Of a DNA stretch of 64,000 bases, positions 32,371 through 42,900 are shown piece by piece. Every line of letters begins with the position of its first letter. The stretch's first letter is position 1. The stretch is taken from assembly GCA_965228015.1 (NCBI GenBank), contig OZ245787.1, positions 446,938 through 510,937 on the forward strand, read 5' to 3'. The notes below the pieces were generated by a model, which saw only the letters and a program-made list of their open reading frames with translations, ran no database searches and was not told where the DNA came from. The DNA is from Peptococcia bacterium (GTDB lineage: Bacteria > Bacillota > Peptococcia > Peptococcales > SKKY01). A program made the position numbers and the translations under genes.

Positions 32371-35300
32371 TTAGACTTGTAATAATTCTTTGTCCATAGT
32401 GAAAGAGTATAAGAAGGCTTCTTTAACATTTTTTCCACTGATATTAATAAGAGCCTCTTTATATATTCTTAGCTGGGAATCATATTTTATTAATAATTCT
32501 TCTTCTGATCCCTCATTTACATAGTCTGTTTTATAATCAATAAGAATATAATTTCCTTCTTCTTCAAAATAACAGTCAATTACACCCTGAATAAATATAT
32601 TTTCATCACACCCCTCAGCATCATCAACTGCATTGCAAATATCAGTTTTATATACAAAACTAACCTCTCTTTTTACATTACAAGAGTTAAGCATTCTTTT
32701 TCCAAGAGGACTTTGAAAAAACTTTAGAATTTTATCAGGATTGATTATGCCCCCCTCTTCTTTTGTTAAAAGTTCTTTGTTTATCATTAATTCAATTTGA
32801 TTTAAAATTTCCTCTTTTGTACCCACTTTGTTTAGGTCACAATTCTGCATAAAGAAGTGAATAATTACCCCTTTTTCAGATGAGATAAATTCTTTTTTAC
32901 CTTCAATAAAAGAGGGCCTTTTCACAAGAGATGGGATTCTGTATAAAATTTTACTCATATCTTCTACAGAAACCTTTTTTAAATCAGAAACTGTAATTTT
33001 CGATGGAATCTTTTTAGATTTTTGATCAGGATATTCCCAGGAAAATTTTTTATTTATTTCGTCAGATGCCTTTATTGAATAATATTTGTCAAAATTAACA
33101 AGAGTATCCTTAATAACTATTTTCTCATTGGCATCCCTGGCAATTCCTTCAAGTATATCTTTTTTATTTAAAACATTTATTTTCCATTCTTTTTGATCTT
33201 TGTTTATTTCACTTTCATTATCATACAAGGACAATCCAAGCCAATCTAAATAATTTTTTGCTTTTACTATTTCATATGAACTAATCTCCCTGGACCATTT
33301 TACTTTTGTTTTCTCAATATTATTTATTGTTCCAGTTATAATTAATTTTTCTTTTGCTCTTGTCAAAGCCACATAAAGAACTCTCATTTCTTCAGACAAA
33401 TTTTCGATTTTGGTTACTTTTTTTATGCTGATTTGCGGGAAAGTTTCTCTGTAAACTCTTTTTTCAGGGTTAACATATTTTGCACCAAGTCCCAGATCTT
33501 TATGAAGAAGTACATCACCAATCTGATCTCTTTTGTTAAATTCTCTTCCAAAAGCAGCTGCTATTACAACTGGGAATTCAAGACCTTTACTTTTATGAAT
33601 TGTCATAATTCTAACAACATCTTCGTTTTCTCCTATTGTTTTTGCTATACCCTGCTCACCTTTTGCTTTTTGGAATTCCTCAGAGAAACGGATAAAATTA
33701 AAAAGTCCTCCTATTCCTTTTTTTTCTAAAATAGCTGCTCTTTCTAAAAGAAATTTTAAATTAGCTTGTCTTTGTTTGCCCTTTATCATTCCCCCGGCAT
33801 AATAAAAGAATCCTGTTTCAATCATTAAGTCCCAAAGAAATTCTTCTGTTTTTTTATATTTTGACTTCGTTTCCCATAAATTAATTTTTTTAAAAAAATT
33901 ATTAATTTTTTGAGAAAGATGATTATCATTATTTAATGTATATTCTATTACCCCTTCATGAAAAGATTTTTCCGGGGATTCTTTTCTGATTTCAATTAAT
34001 TCATTTGTGCTAAAGTTACCAATGGGGGATCTTAAAACACTAATTAAAGAAATATCATCTTTGGGATTATCTATAATTTTTAATAAATTTAAAAATATTT
34101 TAATTTCCAAAGTTTCATAATAACCTTGATTATCGTCAGTATAAACAGGAATACCCTCTTTAATAAAAACTTCATTAAAAACATTAGCCCAATTTTTAGC
34201 AGACCTTAACAGAACCACTATATCTTTATAGGACCTGTTTGTATTTTCCATTAATAAATTCTTTATTTTTTTAGCAATAAAATAGGCTTCTGTTTCTGCA
34301 TCGCTTAAGTCTTTAAGTTTTAAATCCGACTCATCATCCTGACCTTCTTCTTCATCCTCATGTTTATCAATTAGAAAAAGTTCAATCTCAGGATCATTTA
34401 TTTCATCAAAATCAGCTCCTGGGTAAAGCCATGCATCTGGAGTATAGTTAATATCTCCAATTTCTTCTGACATTAGTTTTCTAAAAATATAATTAATTCC
34501 TTCAAGAATTTCTTTTCTGCTTCGGAAATTTTTAGACAGATCTATTCTTTCTTCATTTTCATTTTCTTCTTTAATATAGTCATTATATTTTTTTATAAAT
34601 AGTCCCGAATCTGCTAATCTGAATTTGTAAATGCTTTGCTTTACATCCCCAACTAAAAACAAATTATTATTACTTCTTACTTTGTTTATAATGGTTTCCT
34701 GAACCAAATTACTATCCTGATATTCATCAACAAATACATACTTATACTGATCTTTGTAAGTATTAGCTGTATCATTATTTTCCAGTATTTTTAAAGTGAA
34801 ATGTTCCAAATCATTAAAGTCTGCAATGCCTTTTTCCATTTTTCTTTCCTGGTACTTTTTATGGAAATTAAGAGTAAGATTATACAAAGCTTTCAAAGGA
34901 TCATACATTTGATTAATATCTTCCCGGTAATTTTCAATATCTTTTCCAAGAATACTTTTATCTGATAAATCTTTTATAATTTTTTTATACTCATCTCTGA
35001 TATCCTTAACTTTATCCTTAAGTTCTAAAATTACCAAAGGATTATTACTCTTAATAGTTTTAGATTTTGCGAAAGTGAAAACCAAACCCTCTCTGTCAAA
35101 ATCACCATTAAAGTAATCTTCAATATTTTTTTTATATAATTTTAGATAATTCTTATCTTTTTGGATAGCTTCAATATATGCTTCAGGACCTCCTGGAGAT
35201 TCTGCTATAGCTAAACACTGATCGATTAAATCTTCAACTCCATTTAAGTCAATATAAATTGATTTTTTTAATTCTGACATCCAGGCTGAAGAGTAAAGTT

Positions 35301-35913
35301 CTTCTGTGGTTAATTTAAACATTTCAACCTTTTCTTCAAGCCATCTAAAGGGATCTGGCTGACTTTGGATAAAAGAATAAATGGATGTTATTAATTCCTC
35401 TATTTTTTTATCCCCTTTATTTTCTGAATATGAGTCAATTAATTTATGAAAACCAGGGCTGCTTTCTTTGTAAGCTTCTTCAAGAACCTCTTCCATAACT
35501 TCTTGTTTTAAAATAAGCAAATCTCCTTGATCTCCGATTTTAAAAGAAGGATCTAAGCCTATAGAATAGAAGTTTTTTCTTAAAACTTGTATGCAAAAAG
35601 CATGTAGTGTACTAATTGAAGCTTTCCCAAGTAAATTTAACTGATTTCTTAAGTGCTCTTCATTTTCGTTATCTTTTTCCAGTTCTCTTACAAGTACCCG
35701 GGAAATTCTTTCTCTCATTTCTGCAGCTGCTGCATTGGTGAAGGTAACTATTAAAAGCTTGTCAATATCAACCTTATCTTCAATTATTAATTTAACAATC
35801 CGCTCAACTAATACAGCTGTTTTTCCTGAACCAGCAGCAGCAGACACCAAAAGATTTTTCCCTCTTAAATTAATTGCATTTTTTTGTTCTGTGGTCCAGT
35901 TATTCATTTCCAA
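32371..35913 (-). CDS. addA: ATP-dependent helicase/nuclease subunit A
   Basis: 1180 aa, intact. UvrD-type helicase motifs (AAAGSGKTAVLVERI, VDEYQDSN, TIHKSKGLEF, YVALTRAKE) and a C-terminal nuclease motif (GVIDCYF..IDYKTD). Confidence 0.92.
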   Translation of the reverse strand: MEMNNWTTEQKNAINLRGKNLLVSAAAGSGKTAVLVERIVKLIIEDKVDIDKLLIVTFTNAAAAEMRERISRVLVRELEKDNENEEHLRNQLNLLGKASISTLHAFCIQVLRKNFYSIGLDPSFKIGDQGDLLILKQEVMEEVLEEAYKESSPGFHKLIDSYSENKGDKKIEELITSIYSFIQSQPDPFRWLEEKVEMFKLTTEELYSSAWMSELKKSIYIDLNGVEDLIDQCLAIAESPGGPEAYIEAIQKDKNYLKLYKKNIEDYFNGDFDREGLVFTFAKSKTIKSNNPLVILELKDKVKDIRDEYKKIIKDLSDKSILGKDIENYREDINQMYDPLKALYNLTLNFHKKYQERKMEKGIADFNDLEHFTLKILENNDTANTYKDQYKYVFVDEYQDSNLVQETIINKVRSNNNLFLVGDVKQSIYKFRLADSGLFIKKYNDYIKEENENEERIDLSKNFRSRKEILEGINYIFRKLMSEEIGDINYTPDAWLYPGADFDEINDPEIELFLIDKHEDEEEGQDDESDLKLKDLSDAETEAYFIAKKIKNLLMENTNRSYKDIVVLLRSAKNWANVFNEVFIKEGIPVYTDDNQGYYETLEIKIFLNLLKIIDNPKDDISLISVLRSPIGNFSTNELIEIRKESPEKSFHEGVIEYTLNNDNHLSQKINNFFKKINLWETKSKYKKTEEFLWDLMIETGFFYYAGGMIKGKQRQANLKFLLERAAILEKKGIGGLFNFIRFSEEFQKAKGEQGIAKTIGENEDVVRIMTIHKSKGLEFPVVIAAAFGREFNKRDQIGDVLLHKDLGLGAKYVNPEKRVYRETFPQISIKKVTKIENLSEEMRVLYVALTRAKEKLIITGTINNIEKTKVKWSREISSYEIVKAKNYLDWLGLSLYDNESEINKDQKEWKINVLNKKDILEGIARDANEKIVIKDTLVNFDKYYSIKASDEINKKFSWEYPDQKSKKIPSKITVSDLKKVSVEDMSKILYRIPSLVKRPSFIEGKKEFISSEKGVIIHFFMQNCDLNKVGTKEEILNQIELMINKELLTKEEGGIINPDKILKFFQSPLGKRMLNSCNVKREVSFVYKTDICNAVDDAEGCDENIFIQGVIDCYFEEEGNYILIDYKTDYVNEGSEEELLIKYDSQLRIYKEALINISGKNVKEAFLYSFTMDKELLQV

Positions 35914-38900
35914 ACCTCTTTTCAGACATAACTTTTAGAACTTCATCTTTTTTAAACTTTTCAAGTTTTCTATAATAGTTCTCTGGAAAAGCTGTATCAA
36001 ACTGGCAAATACTTAAATATTTACAATAAGTACATGAAAGAAAATTATTACCTTTAGCCGGCTTAATTTTTATATTACCTTTGTTTATATCAGATATCAT
36101 TTGGAGTGACATGTTTTTTACATAAGAAAAAATATTTTCCAACTCTTCTTCTGAAAAAACCACGGAATTACTGCTATAGCTATCATCCTTGTTAACACTT
36201 ACAGGAATTACTGATGACTTTTTGTTTTCTAAAATATCTTTATCCATTGCACAAACATTTTTTTCTTCATTTAAAAGAAAGCCGTCCATTTTTAACTGAC
36301 TATTTATTAATTCCTCTAATTTATATTCATCTGAATTTTCAATTTCTATAAAGGGATCATCTATTCTAAAATAAAAGGCTCCTCCTGGCTTAACTTCTCC
36401 TTTTAATATTTTTTCTCCTTCAAAAACAGCTGCAGTTAAATATATTATTAACTGCAATTGAATCAGATTATATATTTCATTTAGATTGAATTTTTTATTC
36501 CCAGATTTATAGTCAATAACCCTTAAGTAGTATTTCCCTGTCTCATCCTGCCAGATATCAAGGCGGTCAATTCGTCCCTCAAGAGTAATGTTTTCCTTCG
36601 GATCCAGTTCTTCTTTAAAAGGAAACTCAAATTTCCATAAATGGAATTCTCCTTGCTGCAACTGATCAGTAAGAGTCTTTACTGCCCTCTTACTGATTCT
36701 TTTTAATTTTTCCTTTAAATACATATTCCTGGAACTGCTTTGAAGAAGACCATTCTGAAATTCTTCAGAGATTTTATCTACGATTAAGCTGATAACTTCT
36801 TCCGCCTTTTCAGTTGATACTTCTTCCCAAGGTACATTCTGTTTTTGTAATTCTCCTGGAAAAATTTCTAAAGCACCATGAAAAAGATTTCCAATATCCG
36901 GAAGCTCGACTTTATACTCTTTTTTCTCCTGGGGTCTTATTCCATATTTTATAAAATGCTTAAAGGGACAGTTTGAATAAGTTTCCAGTCTAGAAATACT
37001 AAATCGTTCTTTTGATAAATATATATTGTTAATACTATTGTTTCCATTTTCCTTAATTTGATTTTCGTGGAAAAGACCATTTATCAATAAATTTAATTTA
37101 TCTTCCCACGAAGGACTGTAAAAGTACCAGGAATACGTTTCCAGCCAACGGGGATCCATTTTCCCATAATCTAAATAATTTCTTAAATTCTCTGTTAAAA
37201 ACTTAAATCCAGGTGTTGGTAATACGGTACTATCATCAAAAGAATCTTCCATAAAATACAAATCTGTATCTGTTTTAATTTCCGGGAAAATTCTTTTTAT
37301 TCTGTCAGTAATTAATGAAGGTCTTAAAGCTTTTCCTTCATTATCTCCAAGACTCCAGCTAATAAACAATTTTTCAGATGGTTTTGTAAATGCAGAATAT
37401 ACTAAGAACTTTTCTTCTTTCATTTCTGTTAAATTATCTTTATAAAAACCCATCCCTAATTCTTGTAGTTTAACTTTTTCTTTATCAAGTAATATTCCCC
37501 CATCAGAATATGATCTGGGAATAATTCCATCATTACATCCTAATAAAAATAAAGCTTTTATATCATGACTTTTTGAGCGTTCCAAATTTCCTGCCAATAC
37601 CTGATCCATTGTTGGTGGAATTACTCCTAACTCATAACTGTTAAAACCACTATCTATAATTTTATATAAGTCCTTTGTTGAATATTTTTCCTCTCCTATT
37701 ATTTCGGAAATTTGTTCAAAAATCTCCATAACAATGTTCCATATCTGACTATTTTCATTAACAAATTCAAAATTTCCAAGATCCTTTTCTTCTTTAAGAA
37801 TAATCTCAAGTTTTTCTAAAATATTACAATCATTTAAATAATCAAATAAAGCTGTTGCATAATCTTTACCATTTTTTGATTTTTTAAGATTCTCCCTTAA
37901 CTTTTCAATATTAATGGTAATCTTTTCTTTATTTTTTATTTCAAAAGACTTGTTTCTCCAATCCTTTCCTTTTATTCCCTTTTCTAAAATATAATTTTGC
38001 AGTTCATAAGAATCCTCTGAAGATATGTCAATAAAACCAGTTTTTAATAAGAGGAAAACGTCCCCCCATTTATAGTCATCAATAATTATCCTTAAGGATG
38101 ATTTAATAAAATTAACAAGGGGATTCCCGCTGATACTTTTTTTGTCATCTACGAAAACAGGGATACTATATTCATAAAAAACCCTTTTTATAATCGAACT
38201 ATATATATCCAGGGCATTAGTAACTACAGAAATATCCTTCCATTTATAGCCAGAATCACGAACAAGTTTTACTATATTAATTGCTGCATTTTCTACCTCA
38301 TTATATAAGTTTAAAGCAGAAGTTAGTTTTATGCTTTTAACTATTTCTGTATATTTTTTTGCCGGATATGAATATAAGTTTTGTTCAAGGTGGGATAATT
38401 CTTTTGATTTTATATAATTACCTTTTAAAACTATTTCATTTTCTTCCAGGTTATTCCTCTCTGTAATTTCTTTCATTTTTTTATATGTATTAATTGTAGG
38501 GCTAAATAAATCATAGTCCCTTCCAGCCAGATTTAAATCAGTAGTTAATGTAAAGGTGGCTTCCTTTGCTGTTTTAAATAATTCTTCTATTACTTTATAT
38601 TCCTGAATGGAAAAAGAATTAAAACCATCAATCCAAATCTCTGAATCCTTTAGAAATGCAGAATACTTAATATTTTCATACAAAATATTAAGAGTTTCCT
38701 CTTCGTCTATATATTTTCCAGCTAAAGTAGCATCAAATTTTTCATAAATCATTGATATGTCAGAAATTTTATTTTTAAGTATATAGTCATTATCAATTTT
38801 TTCTAAGTATTCATTTAAACTGCTATCAGTCATACCATTTTTTTTGAATTCTGAAATCAGACTGGAAAATTCCTTAATAAATCCCTCTTGATGATAAGCT

Positions 38901-39229
38901 TTTGTAAAAATAGTTAAATTATTTTTATTCTCCTCAAAAATTCTTCTGAGAGTCATTATTTTTCCAAGGTCAGTAATCAAGTTCTTTTTTATACCACCGA
39001 CTTCACTCATGATTTTAAATGAAAGTCTTTTGAAACTTAAAACCTGAACGTTAATAATCCCTTCAAGGTTCATTTTAGTAATAAGGTCAATTTCTCCCTG
39101 AAGAGTGTATTGTTCCGGAACAATAAGAATGTTTTTTTCTTTACCCAAAACAATGCTTTCATTAATTTTTTTATAAGTATAGCAAGATTTTCCGGATCCT
39201 GCTCTGCCTGTAATATAATTTATTTTCAT
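35900..39229 (-). CDS. addB: ATP-dependent helicase/nuclease subunit B
   Basis: Start ATG 39229 (MKINYITGRAGSGKS). C-terminal nuclease plus Fe-S cysteines (CPFKHF..CTYCKYLSIC). Confidence 0.9.
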   Translation of the reverse strand: MKINYITGRAGSGKSCYTYKKINESIVLGKEKNILIVPEQYTLQGEIDLITKMNLEGIINVQVLSFKRLSFKIMSEVGGIKKNLITDLGKIMTLRRIFEENKNNLTIFTKAYHQEGFIKEFSSLISEFKKNGMTDSSLNEYLEKIDNDYILKNKISDISMIYEKFDATLAGKYIDEEETLNILYENIKYSAFLKDSEIWIDGFNSFSIQEYKVIEELFKTAKEATFTLTTDLNLAGRDYDLFSPTINTYKKMKEITERNNLEENEIVLKGNYIKSKELSHLEQNLYSYPAKKYTEIVKSIKLTSALNLYNEVENAAINIVKLVRDSGYKWKDISVVTNALDIYSSIIKRVFYEYSIPVFVDDKKSISGNPLVNFIKSSLRIIIDDYKWGDVFLLLKTGFIDISSEDSYELQNYILEKGIKGKDWRNKSFEIKNKEKITINIEKLRENLKKSKNGKDYATALFDYLNDCNILEKLEIILKEEKDLGNFEFVNENSQIWNIVMEIFEQISEIIGEEKYSTKDLYKIIDSGFNSYELGVIPPTMDQVLAGNLERSKSHDIKALFLLGCNDGIIPRSYSDGGILLDKEKVKLQELGMGFYKDNLTEMKEEKFLVYSAFTKPSEKLFISWSLGDNEGKALRPSLITDRIKRIFPEIKTDTDLYFMEDSFDDSTVLPTPGFKFLTENLRNYLDYGKMDPRWLETYSWYFYSPSWEDKLNLLINGLFHENQIKENGNNSINNIYLSKERFSISRLETYSNCPFKHFIKYGIRPQEKKEYKVELPDIGNLFHGALEIFPGELQKQNVPWEEVSTEKAEEVISLIVDKISEEFQNGLLQSSSRNMYLKEKLKRISKRAVKTLTDQLQQGEFHLWKFEFPFKEELDPKENITLEGRIDRLDIWQDETGKYYLRVIDYKSGNKKFNLNEIYNLIQLQLIIYLTAAVFEGEKILKGEVKPGGAFYFRIDDPFIEIENSDEYKLEELINSQLKMDGFLLNEEKNVCAMDKDILENKKSSVIPVSVNKDDSYSSNSVVFSEEELENIFSYVKNMSLQMISDINKGNIKIKPAKGNNFLSCTYCKYLSICQFDTAFPENYYRKLEKFKKDEVLKVMSEKRFGNE

Positions 39230-39344
39230 ATAACACTCTCCGACCAAATTTTTCTTTATTATATCAAAAAATTGTCACTAATTTGTCACATTACCATTCT
39301 ATTATATAAATGTACCAAGAAAAAAATACAGGAGGTAATTAATT

Positions 39345-39674
39345 ATGAAAAAAGTATTAATATTTTTAACACTTGGAGGTTTTATGGCCTTTGCAGCAGA
39401 TGCCCCAACATTTGCAAGAGGAAACGTTGCAATGCTTCATAATCAAGCAGGCTCACCAGAAGAAACTTTAGCTCTAAAGCTTGAAAGAATTGATGGTTTA
39501 GTTTCTAAAGGAAGAATTACTGCCGAAAAAGCTGCAGAATTTAAAGCAGCAATTACAGAAAGAATGAGTAACTGTGACGGAACAGCAGACAGAGATTCTA
39601 AAGAAAGATTAGGAATTGGATTTGGAAGAACCGGTGACAAAGGTCAGTTTCAAGGTTTTGGAAGAAGTAAATAA
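39345..39674 (+). CDS. small secreted DUF2680/YckD-like protein
   Basis: Signal peptide MKKVLIFLTLGGFMAFA, then an ITAEKAAEFKAAITERMSNC-type repeat. Confidence 0.55.
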   Translation: MKKVLIFLTLGGFMAFAADAPTFARGNVAMLHNQAGSPEETLALKLERIDGLVSKGRITAEKAAEFKAAITERMSNCDGTADRDSKERLGIGFGRTGDKGQFQGFGRSK

Positions 39675-39675
39675 C

Positions 39676-39704
39676 AAAAAAGGTGACCCTGATCACCTTT
39701 TTTT
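39676..39704. terminator. bidirectional terminator between convergent genes
   Basis: A6-GGTGA-ccctga-TCACC-T7. Confidence 0.55.
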
Positions 39705-41102
39705 ACTTTAGTATATTAAAATAAAACATAACTCCATCTTTCAAATTTTCTACTCCCGCATTTCCTTCATGTAAATTAATAATATTTCTTACTATCGCTA
39801 AACCAATACCTGTCCCCTTCTTTTCTTCGCCTTTAAAAAAAGGTTCCCAAATATGAGGCAATATTTCCTCGGGAATGTTTTTCCCTTCATTAAAGACTTC
39901 TGTTCTTATAAAATTACCTTCTTCAGCAATTTTCAAAGTAATTTTACCTTTATTATAAGTATTGTTTATAGCATTTTGAATTAAATTATTTAAAACTTGC
40001 TCTATTCTATAGGAATCAATATTTAGGAAAATATTTTCCTTAAATATTTCTTTAGAAACGTTAATTTGTTTTTCATTAAAAAGAATTTTAAAACTGTTCA
40101 ATTTATTTTCTATTAATTCAGAATAATTTATGTTTTTTAATCTTAAAGGTTCCTGGCTCTAATTGAGTAAGATCAAGTAAATCCTTAATTAGATTGCTCA
40201 TTTTTATTGTTTCTTTTTCAATGATATTTAAATATTCTTCTTTTTCTTCTTCGGACTGAAAAACCCTATCATTTAAAGCTTCAATATGTCCGTTAATTAT
40301 TGCTATTGGTATTTGCAATTCATGGGAAACTCTTGATACAAAATTTTTCCTTAATTTATCAAGGGTTTTCTCTTTTTCAAGTTCATTTTGTAAATCGTTA
40401 AGTGATTTTTCCAGATTTAATGAAACTTTATTAAGAGAATTACCAAGCTGACCTATTTCATCAGTTCTTTTATAATTCCATTTTCCGGAAAAATCCAATT
40501 CTGTAATTCCCCCCCGCAAGCTTATTAAGTTCCAAAAGAGGTTTAGAAGTTTTATTTGCAAAAATACAAGACAATAATAATGCAATTAATAATCCTCCAG
40601 CTAAAATAAATATATAGAAATCCTGAGCAATAGTTATAGCATCTTCAATAGCTTGAAAGGGAGCAAGAACTAAATAAATATAATTTTCACCTTTAGCAAG
40701 AGCGGCTAAAAATTCATTATTCCCTCTTATTGTATTGGTTTTATAAACTAAAATTTTTCTTCCGAGAGCTTTTGAATCTCCTCTCTTGTTATTCTGGTTT
40801 CTTTCATCATCCCCTGAGATCCTTCATATAAAAGAACTTTTTCCCTGGGAATCAAAAACAGTAATCCTTCCATTAAGTTTTTCAGAAATATCAGTAATTA
40901 TATTTATTGAATTGTCACTAAACTCTTCTTTTTGAATTGTTTCATCAATTGTTGATATACTTGATTTAATTATTTCTATTTTCTTGTTTTCATAGTATTC
41001 CGGAAGAAAAAAAATCCGGGAAATCCATATTGTCCCCACTAATATCAACGTAAAAACTATGAAGTAAATGAAAAATTTTGAAAAAATTGAATTAGTTTTC
41101 AT
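39703..41102 (-). pseudogene. sensor histidine kinase, at least 3 frameshifts
   Basis: TM/sensor ORF 40824-41102. HisKA ORF 40118-40585 (FVSRVSHELQIPI). HATPase_c ORF 39703-40101 (GTGIGLAIV). All are in different frames. Confidence 0.75.
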
Positions 41103-41758
41103 TCTTTTACCTCGAATCTGTATCCAAATCCCCTTACTGTTACTATCTTATTTCCATGATCTTCTAATTTTTGTCTAAGTCTTTTAATGTGTGTATCCAC
41201 TGTTCTTAAATCTCCAAAATAGTCATATCCCCACACACCATCCAATATCGTTTCTCTTGAAAGAGACTGGTTTTTATTTATAATGAAATAATTTAACAGA
41301 TCATATTCTTTTGGACTAAAATCAATTTCAGTGTTATCTATAAATACCTTGTGGGATAATCTATCTATTTTTATATTATCTATAATTAAGATATCTTTCA
41401 TTTCGTTTTCTTTTTTACTTCTTTTAATCAAAGCCTTGCTTCTTGCTATAAGTTCTTTAAGACTAAAGGGCTTTGTCACATAATCATCAGCCCCTAATTC
41501 AAAGCCAAATAATTTATCGTTTTCTTCACTTCTTGCGGTAAGCATTAATATTGGAATATCACTTTTTTCCCGGATTCTTTTACACACAGACCAGCCATCA
41601 TATTCAGGAGGCATAATATCTAAAACTATTAGGTCAAAATCATTGTTTTCAAAATTTTCCAAAGCTATTCTTCCATCTTTTGATTCTATTACTTCTGCCC
41701 CTTCTTTTAAAAAATAGGTTTTAATTAGTTGTCTCAAGCTTTTCTCATCTTCTACCAA
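41099..41758 (-). CDS. OmpR-family response regulator (N-terminus probably truncated by an A-run indel)
   Basis: The open frame starts at TTG (..VEDEKSL) with no RBS. An ATG at 41778 (MKNKK) would join as MKNKKILLVEDE if the T6 at 41764-41769 were T7. Confidence 0.75.
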   Translation of the reverse strand: MVEDEKSLRQLIKTYFLKEGAEVIESKDGRIALENFENNDFDLIVLDIMPPEYDGWSVCKRIREKSDIPILMLTARSEENDKLFGFELGADDYVTKPFSLKELIARSKALIKRSKKENEMKDILIIDNIKIDRLSHKVFIDNTEIDFSPKEYDLLNYFIINKNQSLSRETILDGVWGYDYFGDLRTVDTHIKRLRQKLEDHGNKIVTVRGFGYRFEVKE

Positions 41759-41767
41759 TAAAATTTT

Positions 41768-42178
41768 TTATTCTTCATAATATCTATACTCAACTGGAGC
41801 TGAAAGGACTGTTGAAGTATTCACTAAACCAAAGGATATCAGCCTGTCAATCAATTCTCTCATAGAATTAACATCTTGAACCGCAGCTTTCAAAATATGG
41901 CTGGATTCTCCTGTTACTCTGTAACATTCCAAAACATCCTTTTCTTTTTTTATATATTTCTCAAATTCATCTGGCATTACTTTGAGTGCAGAAACGTGGA
42001 TTATTAATAGAATAGGTCTATTTGTTTTTGGAAGAGACAGTCTAATAGTAAAGGCCTCAATAACACCTTTTTCCTGAAGTCTTAATAATCGTTCATTAAT
42101 ACTTGGCCGGCTTAAAGATAACTCTTCAGAAAGTTTACTAACACTTACTCTGCTGTTTTTTTGAAGAATACTTATCAT
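41768..42178 (-). CDS. Lrp/AsnC-family transcriptional regulator (N-terminus probably truncated by an A-run indel)
   Basis: ISILQKNSRVSVSKLSEELSLSRPSINERLLRLQEKGVI. A TTG at 42198 behind AGGAGA would give MDSIDKKMISILQ if the T6 at 42178-42183 were T7. Confidence 0.75.
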   Translation of the reverse strand: MISILQKNSRVSVSKLSEELSLSRPSINERLLRLQEKGVIEAFTIRLSLPKTNRPILLIIHVSALKVMPDEFEKYIKKEKDVLECYRVTGESSHILKAAVQDVNSMRELIDRLISFGLVNTSTVLSAPVEYRYYEE

Positions 42179-42342
42179 TTTTTATCAATAGAATCCAAAT
42201 TCACATCTCCTTTACATATAGAAAGTTATTTATTGCTTTTTAATTCTTTTTGTAAAACAAATTCTTATATTTTATTCATTTGTTTATTCAAAATACAACA
42301 TTAATATTCTAAAATATAATATTGAAAGGACGGTTCTGTCTA

Positions 42343-42900
42343 ATGAGAAATTTACTAGGTGTATTATCTGGAATATTTATTACAAGTATTGGTGCTATAA
42401 TCTTAAAGGGTCCAGAAATAGCTACTGGCGGAACTGCAGGATTAGCATTGGCTGGCTCCTATATCTTCGATATATCTTTCTCCCTTATTTTCTTTTTAAT
42501 AAATATTCCATTTTATATTTTTTCTTATTTCCAAACGGGAATTAAATTCACACTTACAACAATTTTTTCTGTCTCTGTTCTCTCCCTTTTTACAAGTATT
42601 ATATCTAAATTCGCTGTTTTTTCTTATTCCTTTCCAGCATTTATCGGAGTTGTAATTGGGGGAGGACTTGTAGGCTTTGGACTTTCCCTTTTGTTTAATA
42701 ATAATTCCTCTTTGGGAGGACTAAATATTATTGGTCTTTATTTCTCAAAAAATACAATATTAATCCAGAAAAAACCACTTTTCTCTTTGATGTTATAGTA
42801 TTATCAATAGGTTTTTATGCTGTAGGCTTAATTTCCGGTCTTTATTCTGTTCTATCTGTTGCTGTAATTGGGTACATTATTAGTGTTAACAGAAATCTAC
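42343..42900 (+). pseudogene. YitT/YczE-like membrane protein, frameshifted; 3' end uncertain
   Basis: MRNLLGVLSGIFITSIGAIILKGPEIATGGTAGLAL.. The frame changes at the A6 run near 42749-42754 into YNINPEKTTFLFDVIVLSIGFYAVGLISG. Confidence 0.55.
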
